IMG/VR virus record: IMGVR_UViG_3300017938_000004
Location: 1 to 24,244 of that record
Direction: 5' to 3' (one strand)
Length of the DNA: 24,244 nucleotides
Origin: a virus
Lineage: Duplodnaviria; Caudoviricetes
Positions 6,890 through 14,126 of the stretch are shown here, piece after piece. Below the pieces are notes generated by a model. That model did no database searches, was not told the DNA's origin, and saw only the letters and a list, made by a program, of their open reading frames with translations. Made by a program: the position numbers and the translations under genes. Position 1 is the stretch's first letter. Each line of letters opens with the position of its first letter.

Positions 6890-7153
6890 ATGTTAGGAAA
6901 TTTAATTACAGGATTCTTGATTATCTTGGTTGGAGTGAATATAGCTCCAACAGTCGCATCACAAGTCCAGGTAGCAGTTTATCCATGGTCAAACGGAACA
7001 GGGCCAGGAGCAAACTTGACCCCAAGCGATAACTTCACAAACGGTTCAGGAGCAGTGCTTACACTTGTAACACTATTCTTCGTTTTGGCAGTTGCTGTTG
7101 CTGCGATGGATATTGCAGTAGTAGGCCTTAGACAATCAGGACTCGTCATATAA
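6890..7153 (+). CDS. Major capsid protein, spindle-virus type, paralogue 2 (87 aa)
   Basis: Helices almost identical to 6648-6869, with a 14-aa longer loop carrying four sequons. Confidence 0.8.
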   Translation: MLGNLITGFLIILVGVNIAPTVASQVQVAVYPWSNGTGPGANLTPSDNFTNGSGAVLTLVTLFFVLAVAVAAMDIAVVGLRQSGLVI

Positions 7154-7168
7154 AGAGGAAAAGAGAGA

Positions 7169-8434
7169 ATGAATCATAAAATTCACAATGGGAACGATTT
7201 GTTTAAAATGATTTTTTGTTCCCTTCTCTTTCTTAGTCTCATTAGTTTTGCTTCTGCTTCTTTCGGCTACGGAAATATAAATACTTCCACAAAATATGGA
7301 TATGGAAATATTTTCACAACATCTCCCCAAGTAAATAATTATAACAATACATATACAAATGTAACAAATGGAACAGATAGCTTTGCAGGAAATTTCTCCA
7401 ACTTCTCCTCTGTTTATGCCATCGGAACTAATGGAACATTTTATCTCGCTTCAAATCCTTCTTCATTCATAACTGCTTCTTCTCTTTCTCCTTATCTTCT
7501 TATAACAAATTGGAACTCCACAAATTCATCTTATAACACTTTTTTAACAAATAATACTTTCTTGCAGATTTCAAATTGGAATTCAACAAATTCAAGTTAT
7601 AATACAGCTTTTTTTTTAGCAACCAATAATACTTTTATGAAATTCTCGGATTGGAATAGCACTAATTCAAGCTATCTTACATCAGAAACTTACTGGAATG
7701 GAAATTGGTCTGCATTCAAAACAATAAATCAATCTGTAACCAATAATACATTCTTACAAATAAGCAATTTCAATGTTACAAATTCCTCTTACCTAACTTC
7801 CTATACAGAAACAGACCCAAAATGGACTGCTAACTATTCAGGATTCCTTACAACTCAAAATTATGCTCTTAATTGGAATAACAACTGGACATGGTTTAAA
7901 ACAATTAACACAACTATCTCCAATGGAACATTCGCACAATTAGTTTCAACATCAAATCCTACTACGGCTAATTTCACAGGCAATCTTTCTGTATTCCAGA
8001 ACTTCACAGTTGATTCAGGAACATTCTTCGTAGATGCACTTCATAATTATATTGGTGTCAATCTTTCAACTCCTCAAAATGCACTGAATGTTTTTGGAGA
8101 TGCAAACATAACAGGAACAATATACACAAATTTCAATCAGAATTTAACAATACCTTATTTGTTGGCAACAAACAATACTTTCACTCAGCTTACAATCCTT
8201 AACAACGGAACATATACAACATGGGCAAATATTTTCAATGGAACAATAGCAACCAATGGAACACAAAATAACTTTTCAGTTGCAGGGATAAACACAAACT
8301 CAATAAGGATAAATGGAACAAATGGAAACCAGAGTGCAAAATACAATCTTCATGTCAATGGAAGTGCAGGAAAGATATGCTGGATAAATTATACAGGAGG
8401 ATTGTTCAACTGGTCTGACTGCCCACAAGGTTAA
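7169..8434 (+). CDS. Secreted Asn/Thr-rich fibre or adhesin glycoprotein
   Basis: Signal peptide (start may be ATG 7208); NWNSTNSSY-type repeats, YTETDP, FVDALHNYIGVNLSTPQNALNVFG fibre-like beta motif; many sequons. Confidence 0.75.
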   Translation: MNHKIHNGNDLFKMIFCSLLFLSLISFASASFGYGNINTSTKYGYGNIFTTSPQVNNYNNTYTNVTNGTDSFAGNFSNFSSVYAIGTNGTFYLASNPSSFITASSLSPYLLITNWNSTNSSYNTFLTNNTFLQISNWNSTNSSYNTAFFLATNNTFMKFSDWNSTNSSYLTSETYWNGNWSAFKTINQSVTNNTFLQISNFNVTNSSYLTSYTETDPKWTANYSGFLTTQNYALNWNNNWTWFKTINTTISNGTFAQLVSTSNPTTANFTGNLSVFQNFTVDSGTFFVDALHNYIGVNLSTPQNALNVFGDANITGTIYTNFNQNLTIPYLLATNNTFTQLTILNNGTYTTWANIFNGTIATNGTQNNFSVAGINTNSIRINGTNGNQSAKYNLHVNGSAGKICWINYTGGLFNWSDCPQG

Positions 8435-8476
8435 AATGAAAAAACTATATTCAAATAGCAAGAAAGGAGAGAAAAG

Positions 8477-9085
8477 ATGAAAAAGATATATTTGTTTTTG
8501 ATGGCTTTTCTTCTGATAGGAGTAGTCAGTGCTTCAACAAATGACCTCGGCTTCTTTGCCCCTGGCTCATGTGTTCCCTTGATTCAGACCTGCTCCAACA
8601 ACTGCACATTCAACAACATCAGCTCAATCTATGTTTCAAATGGAGGAGGAACTCCTACAGTAACTTCCTATTCTTCCCCTCTTGTAATGACAACGACAAA
8701 TAATTTCTCCTACAATTACACTTACTGCAATACAACCTCGCTGGGAAATTATTATGTCAATGGATATGGAAATGACGGAGGAACACAAGGAAATTGGACA
8801 TACCAGTTTGAAATAGGATTTCCAATGTGGCTTGTTATTGTCTTCATGATTTTCTCCTATGGTCTTGCCATAATGGGCTTCTTTATGTATAAGAACGAAT
8901 GGATTTCTCTTGCAGGGGGAATGATGATGCTTCTCCTTGGAATTTACATAACTTCATACGGAATTTCAATCTACAACAATACCCTGACTTTGGCGATTGG
9001 GTATTTCACTATTGCACTTGGAGGAGTTGCAGCATTAGTTCCAATAGGAGAAAGATTGGAAGTAGATTTCAATCGGTTCGGATAA
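8477..9085 (+). CDS. Membrane glycoprotein: signal peptide, Cys-containing ectodomain, three C-terminal TMs
   Basis: MKKIYLFLMAFLLIGVVSA signal peptide; AGGAG RBS; sequons. Confidence 0.85.
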   Translation: MKKIYLFLMAFLLIGVVSASTNDLGFFAPGSCVPLIQTCSNNCTFNNISSIYVSNGGGTPTVTSYSSPLVMTTTNNFSYNYTYCNTTSLGNYYVNGYGNDGGTQGNWTYQFEIGFPMWLVIVFMIFSYGLAIMGFFMYKNEWISLAGGMMMLLLGIYITSYGISIYNNTLTLAIGYFTIALGGVAALVPIGERLEVDFNRFG

Positions 9086-9097
9086 AAAGGAGGAAAA

Positions 9098-9253
9098 ATG
9101 GCAGAAGACAAAAAAGAAGTTGAGATAATCCAAGTTCCTACACAGACAGCTTCGGCATTCAAGCTCCCAGACGGAAGAGTGCTTAACTTTGACGAATATC
9201 TCACTTGGATTGGAAACATTCTCATAAAACTTGAAAAAGTTTGGAGCAAATAA
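9098..9253 (+). CDS. Hypothetical protein (51 aa, not in ORF track)
   Basis: MAEDKKEVEIIQVPTQ...; AGGAGG RBS; TAATG overlap downstream. Confidence 0.75.
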   Translation: MAEDKKEVEIIQVPTQTASAFKLPDGRVLNFDEYLTWIGNILIKLEKVWSK

Positions 9254-9570
9254 TGATTAAAGGATACATAAGCCAGGCAGACCAGATGGTAGAAGTAACA
9301 ATAGCAGGAGATGGACTGAAATTCATGGACATCACGAATGACGATTTGATAATGCCTAATTTTGTCTATCTCAAGGTCATCCAAGAGTTCCCTGACTTGA
9401 AGGATGACAAAGACTGGGCAGCAAAGGCATTTGAAAGATTCAAACAGCATTTCCTCAAGATAGAAGGCGAAATGAACAGATTAAAATACATAGTGGCAGA
9501 AATGATTAAACAAGGTTACAAGCCAGAATATTACGAAGAAAACGGATTCAGGCGAAGGAGGTTTGAATGA
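9253..9570 (+). CDS. Hypothetical protein (105 aa)
   Basis: Start reassigned to ATG 9253 (TAATG coupling). Confidence 0.8.
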   Translation: MIKGYISQADQMVEVTIAGDGLKFMDITNDDLIMPNFVYLKVIQEFPDLKDDKDWAAKAFERFKQHFLKIEGEMNRLKYIVAEMIKQGYKPEYYEENGFRRRRFE

Positions 9571-9738
9571 ATGAGCTTCAACACGGACTTGAACTCAGTA
9601 TTGAGTTTTGTTCTTCCGATAGTTGCTCTTTTTCTTTTCATGGTTGCAGCATACGGAGTTGTAAAGCAGATTTCTTTTGGAGAAGCATACAAGGAGATAA
9701 TGGAAAAAATAAGGGAGGGATTATCTAATGGCAGATGA
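9571..9738 (+). CDS. Single-TM protein (55 aa, not in ORF track)
   Basis: MSFNTDLNSVLSFVLPIVALFLFMVAAYGVVK...; AGGAGGT upstream. Confidence 0.75.
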   Translation: MSFNTDLNSVLSFVLPIVALFLFMVAAYGVVKQISFGEAYKEIMEKIREGLSNGR

Positions 9739-10168
9739 AGATTTTGATTTAAGCAAATTATCTCCAACGGAGCAGGAAATAGTCAAGGCAGAAGTAGTAA
9801 GAGTCTTCGGTTCTGAAAAGATTGGAAATATCCATGAGTTTCTTACAAAAGTAATTCAGGAAGGCGACACGACAAAGTTGGGTTATCTTACAAAGGAAGA
9901 AGTCGGCTATCCTCATTTAACTCTCCGTTCTTATAAAAAATTAGCACACATGTCAAAAGAATTTGAACTGCCTGAATTTACAGATTACTTTGACAATCTT
10001 GCACACAATGTCGTTGCATCTCCAAGTCTGTCTAAGGAAGGATTCTTACTTCTATTGTCAATCACAGAGAAGAAAAAATCAGAGCTTAAGATTCCAGGGC
10101 AGAAGAAAGAGAACAAGGGATGGTTTGGAAGCAAGAATACTCCAGAAACAGCAGGAGATAATTTATGA
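9728..10168 (+). CDS. Hypothetical protein (146 aa)
   Basis: GGAGG RBS; fills the operon. Confidence 0.8.
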   Translation: MADEDFDLSKLSPTEQEIVKAEVVRVFGSEKIGNIHEFLTKVIQEGDTTKLGYLTKEEVGYPHLTLRSYKKLAHMSKEFELPEFTDYFDNLAHNVVASPSLSKEGFLLLLSITEKKKSELKIPGQKKENKGWFGSKNTPETAGDNL

Positions 10169-10190
10169 TAGTTGAAAGGAGGAGATATTG

Positions 10191-10715
10191 ATGGCAGAAG
10201 AAAATAAAGAAATCAAGCCAGAAGAAAAAACTCCCCTTCAGAAGATAGATGAAATACATAATCTTTTTGTTCCTGCAGACGATAAAAAGCTGAAGAAGAA
10301 GGAGCTTAAAATTCCAAAGATTTCAAAAGGAAAGGCGAAGAAGGGATGGGTAATAGTAGAAAAGATTGATACAAACAGAAATATCAGCTTTGAGAAACAG
10401 CAAGTAGCACAGGATATATTCAAGATGAAGGATGGAATTTTACATGCCACAGACGGAAGGGAAATATTCTTCTACAAGAATCTTCCCTTGATTCATCAAC
10501 CAGCATGGAGAATAAATCCATTTGACCCTGTAACAGAAAAAGGAGAATTGACAAGCAGGAACAATGTCTATGGATTAAAACCAATATTAGCAGAGATAGA
10601 ATCAGGAAAATATGTTGAGCAGAAGAAAAGAGGAGGATTAGGAGGTATCTGGATGATTATTTTAATCATCGGTGGTGGATACTTGTTAGGTCATTCCCTA
10701 TTGCATATATTTTGA
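10191..10715 (+). CDS. C-terminally anchored membrane protein
   Basis: AGGAGGAG RBS; C-terminal TM. Confidence 0.8.
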   Translation: MAEENKEIKPEEKTPLQKIDEIHNLFVPADDKKLKKKELKIPKISKGKAKKGWVIVEKIDTNRNISFEKQQVAQDIFKMKDGILHATDGREIFFYKNLPLIHQPAWRINPFDPVTEKGELTSRNNVYGLKPILAEIESGKYVEQKKRGGLGGIWMIILIIGGGYLLGHSLLHIF

Positions 10716-10996
10716 GCTACGGAAAGGCAAAATGGAATCCTTATGGGGATTTGGAAGGATACAACATAGAAATAAGCATTCGTGATAGTGCAAACAACAA
10801 AATTGACCATTACAGAATATACAATGAGAATCAGTATCAAGCAGTCCTGAAGGAAATAAAGAACAAATATGGATTAAAGTATCCTATTGAAATAAAGGAA
10901 GTGGAAAAGAAGCAGACTCCTTTAACTATGACTGCAACACAGATTAAGATAGAAGCAGGAATAGAAGAAACGGAAAAGAAAACACAATCTATTTAA
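10712..10996 (+). CDS. Hypothetical protein (94 aa)
   Basis: TTGA overlap with the upstream stop; start uncertain. Confidence 0.6.
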   Translation: MSYGKAKWNPYGDLEGYNIEISIRDSANNKIDHYRIYNENQYQAVLKEIKNKYGLKYPIEIKEVEKKQTPLTMTATQIKIEAGIEETEKKTQSI

Positions 10997-11001
10997 AGTT
11001 T
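10980..11001 (+). promoter_or_regulatory. Archaeal promoter sharing a motif with the 6563 promoter
   Basis: AAACACAATCTATTTAAAGTTT vs AAACACAATCTTTATTAAGTTT; ATG at +39 in both. Confidence 0.6.
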
Positions 11002-11018
11002 AAAATACATGTAAATTG

Positions 11019-11171
11019 ATGAAATGGTTTACTATAAAACCAATAGTCAATAAAGCAAACAACCAGATTAATATTTCCCTTCCTAAAAAGGAACTGCCCT
11101 CAGAACTATTAAAGGATATTCATACAAATAAAAAGATTGAAATAACATTCAAAGGGAGGAAACTAAAATGA
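11019..11171 (+). CDS. Small AbrB/SpoVT-like DNA-binding protein (50 aa, not in ORF track)
   Basis: NKANNQINISLPKK...KIEITF pattern; leaderless position after TATA. Confidence 0.55.
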   Translation: MKWFTIKPIVNKANNQINISLPKKELPSELLKDIHTNKKIEITFKGRKLK

Positions 11172-11344
11172 GATTTAAACTTATAGATAATAACGAACCA
11201 GCAGATAGGAGAGATTTTTTATTTATATCTGCCATTTGTTTTGTCCTTGCACTTACTGTTCTTGTTGCACCTTTAATTGCTCAACATCTTTCAACTCAGC
11301 ATATTGTTTATCAATCATTGATTCAAAACCAATGCCTTAAATGA
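11168..11344 (+). CDS. Single-TM protein (58 aa, not in ORF track)
   Basis: ATGA overlap, GGAGG RBS, FLFISAICFVLALTVLVAPLIA helix. Confidence 0.7.
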   Translation: MRFKLIDNNEPADRRDFLFISAICFVLALTVLVAPLIAQHLSTQHIVYQSLIQNQCLK

Positions 11345-11392
11345 TAAATAATAAAACCATGATAATCAATTCAAGCCAGAAGATGAGTTTCT

Positions 11393-13621
11393 GTGGTTGA
11401 TACAAATACAGTAGTTAATGCAGCATTTCTATCAGGAGCAGCAGCATCAAATGCAGGAATTACAAGTAGTTCTTCCTCATCTTCAACAGCAGCTACTAAT
11501 TCAGGATTTAATGCAGCAGGTCAGGCAGTAGTTCAGAATGCTTTTGGAGGTTGGTCTCCAGTTATCAATGGAGTTGTTCAAAATCAATCAGTATTAGGTC
11601 CAGTATCTCCAGCTTCAATAAATGTTTCAGGTGGAGGAGGTTATTTCGGCGGAGGTGGTGGGGGCGGAGTTTTTCAATCAACTCCTTTCACTTCTTCTAT
11701 TCTTGGAGGTTCAGGAGCTTTAAGTGGAAGTCAGGCAGCACAACAAGCAGCACAAAATGCAGGACTTTCAGCTTCTCAATTATCTTCTTACCTTACTTCC
11801 CAACAGGCAGCAGCACAATCAGCAGCAAGATTAGCAGCTCAAAGTAACATAGCTGTTGGAGATATATATGTTCCTGGATTAAATATGTATTCTTCAGGAG
11901 GAACAAAAGACCAGACAGCAATATTAAGATTTCCAACACCATCAGAACAGAAGAAAATAGATTTAGCAAATGCACAAGGTTCTTTTTCCAACCTTCCTCC
12001 AGTTAAATTCTTAAAAGGAGAATATGGATTTCAGCAAAAGACATTGAAAGGAACACCAATAAATCAATCAGCAACAAGCAGTTATGGTCAGCCAACAATC
12101 CCTTCAAATTATACTGGCTTTAATGTCTATAAGACAACAGATGACTTATTCCAAAAAGGAAATGAGATATTTACAAAGAATATAAATCCACTTCTTATCA
12201 AGGCAGGAGTTAATAAAGAGCTTGTCAATACAAATGTTTCTGTTCCATCAAATCTTCCTGGACAGCTTCTTGTTACTTCCTTTTTCAGCCCTTTGCTAAA
12301 TACAGGGAGTTATTCACAAGAAGCAGCACAAGAAGTAGCAAATGGAGAACTTAGATATGATTATGTAAAGGGAATATGGGTAAGAGTAAATAAGATAACT
12401 GGAGAAGTAACTCCTGCAGTAACAAGAGATAGTGCCTTAGCTGAATTTAAGGCATCTCCAGAAGAAAGACAAATATCTATATTAAAAAAAGCATTTACCC
12501 ACGAAGGACTTAATCCAGATGCTACCCCAATACAAAAAGTCTATCTTGACCAGCCAAGTTTATTAAAGGATGTAGAAAAAGCAAAATCATTTATGAAAGA
12601 AGCTGGATTGACTGAAGAACAAGCAAACAATCTTATATACAAGTTATTTCCAAAATTAAAACCTAAACTTCCTGCAACTGCAATTTCTTCAGACACAATT
12701 TTAAATGAGCAAACACAAACACCAGTTGCTCCAGTTTCTTCTGGCTATGAAATTAATGCCGAGATACCAAATACAAGAGGAATAAGCAAAATAACTGCTG
12801 CTTCTCAAGTTCCTGCAGAACCTCCTCCACAGAATATCTTAGTCGGAGGAAATCAGCTTTCAACTTCTTATGTAGGAACAAATCAATATGAAAGAACAGC
12901 AGGAGGATTATTACCAAAATCTGCAACCAATCTTAAAATCCAAATGAACGAACAAAGTTCAAGTCTTCTTAATCCTGCTTCTTTGTCAATTAGTGAAGGG
13001 TTGTCTTCTTTGTCAAATCAGGCAAGTTCCTTAAGTAATCCGTCTGCAAGTCTTTCTTCTTCTGCTTCAGTTTCAAGTTCAGCTTCGGCTTCAAAAAGTG
13101 CATCAGAAACATCACAAATTAGTAATTTATTAAATCCAGAATCTTCTCTTTCTATAAATCAACAGGCATCTACTTCTCAAACACAAGAAGAACAGCAGAA
13201 TCAAAATCAAAGAACAAAGTCAAAGGGATTAAGTCTTCTTCTTCCAAGCAATCTTTTAAACAAAGTAAAAAATATTGTCAAAAAACAAGCTCATATCTAC
13301 GAAGCTCTGACAATAAGAAAAAAGAAGTTAGTTCCTTTGGGAGATTTCCTTTCTGCTGATGAGGCATTCAAAAAAGGAGAGGAAGTCAGCAGAAGAACTC
13401 TTGCTCGTTCTTCTTTGGTTATAGCAAAAGATACAGGGCAATTCATCAAACCTTCTAATCTTCCAAATGACTTCAGGTTCTCTAAAAGAAATCCCTATCA
13501 GTTAGTTCAAAGGAAAGCATTGAACAGAGGAACAGGAGAAGTTCCAGAAATTCAGGCAGCAAAAAGAAGCTCTGGAAGAAGATTCACTCCAACTAAATCA
13601 TTCAAGAAAGGAAGAATATGA
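11393..13621 (+). CDS. Large low-complexity Gly/Ser/Ala/Gln-rich protein with basic C-terminus (putative virion-internal protein)
   Basis: 742-aa ORF in the structural module; no signal peptide; start codon uncertain. Confidence 0.75.
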   Translation: MVDTNTVVNAAFLSGAAASNAGITSSSSSSSTAATNSGFNAAGQAVVQNAFGGWSPVINGVVQNQSVLGPVSPASINVSGGGGYFGGGGGGGVFQSTPFTSSILGGSGALSGSQAAQQAAQNAGLSASQLSSYLTSQQAAAQSAARLAAQSNIAVGDIYVPGLNMYSSGGTKDQTAILRFPTPSEQKKIDLANAQGSFSNLPPVKFLKGEYGFQQKTLKGTPINQSATSSYGQPTIPSNYTGFNVYKTTDDLFQKGNEIFTKNINPLLIKAGVNKELVNTNVSVPSNLPGQLLVTSFFSPLLNTGSYSQEAAQEVANGELRYDYVKGIWVRVNKITGEVTPAVTRDSALAEFKASPEERQISILKKAFTHEGLNPDATPIQKVYLDQPSLLKDVEKAKSFMKEAGLTEEQANNLIYKLFPKLKPKLPATAISSDTILNEQTQTPVAPVSSGYEINAEIPNTRGISKITAASQVPAEPPPQNILVGGNQLSTSYVGTNQYERTAGGLLPKSATNLKIQMNEQSSSLLNPASLSISEGLSSLSNQASSLSNPSASLSSSASVSSSASASKSASETSQISNLLNPESSLSINQQASTSQTQEEQQNQNQRTKSKGLSLLLPSNLLNKVKNIVKKQAHIYEALTIRKKKLVPLGDFLSADEAFKKGEEVSRRTLARSSLVIAKDTGQFIKPSNLPNDFRFSKRNPYQLVQRKALNRGTGEVPEIQAAKRSSGRRFTPTKSFKKGRI

Positions 13622-13878
13622 ACAACAAAGGAGCAAGTATTTTTGTAGTCTTCATGTTTGCAATGTTACTCTTTGCATTTGGATTAGCAATAGCATCTGG
13701 ATTAAATTCTGCTGTCCAATCTGTCAGAACAACTTGGGGTTGCACGACAAACTTTACTACAATGGATTATGGAAATCAAGTTGGTTGCACAGTATCTGAT
13801 TTATACTCTCCTTTATTTGTAGCAATCATTTTTGGTATTGCAGGTAGCTTAATAGCAATAAAAATAGGAGGAGCATGA
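13618..13878 (+). CDS. Pilin/capsid-like two-TM protein with class III signal peptide
   Basis: MNNKG/ASIFVV cleavage-like motif, two TMs, Cys pair in the loop. Confidence 0.75.
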   Translation: MNNKGASIFVVFMFAMLLFAFGLAIASGLNSAVQSVRTTWGCTTNFTTMDYGNQVGCTVSDLYSPLFVAIIFGIAGSLIAIKIGGA

Positions 13879-14126
13879 ACAATAAGGCACAGGGTTTATT
13901 TATGGGATTGGTCTTCGCAGTAGTAATCTGGATAGCTGGAATCCTCTTTCTTCCAATAGTAATAAGTCTTGTTGATACAGGAAGAACAGGGCTTCAATGT
14001 TCTTTAGGTTCAATAACAGATGGAACTAAATTAATGTGCTTGATGATGGACGGAGCTATTCCTTACTTGATTTGGACAATTATAAGTCTTTCAATAGGAT
14101 TAATAATAGAGGGAAGATTAAGATGA
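13875..14126 (+). CDS. Pilin/capsid-like two-TM protein with class III signal peptide, paralogue
   Basis: MNNKA/QGLFMG motif, two TMs, Cys pair; GGAGGAG RBS. Confidence 0.75.
   Translation: MNNKAQGLFMGLVFAVVIWIAGILFLPIVISLVDTGRTGLQCSLGSITDGTKLMCLMMDGAIPYLIWTIISLSIGLIIEGRLR

Noticed and set aside
14036-14122. N-terminal extension of the 803-aa ORF
   Set aside because: It overlaps the upstream gene; the signal peptide and ATGA coupling indicate a start at 14123.
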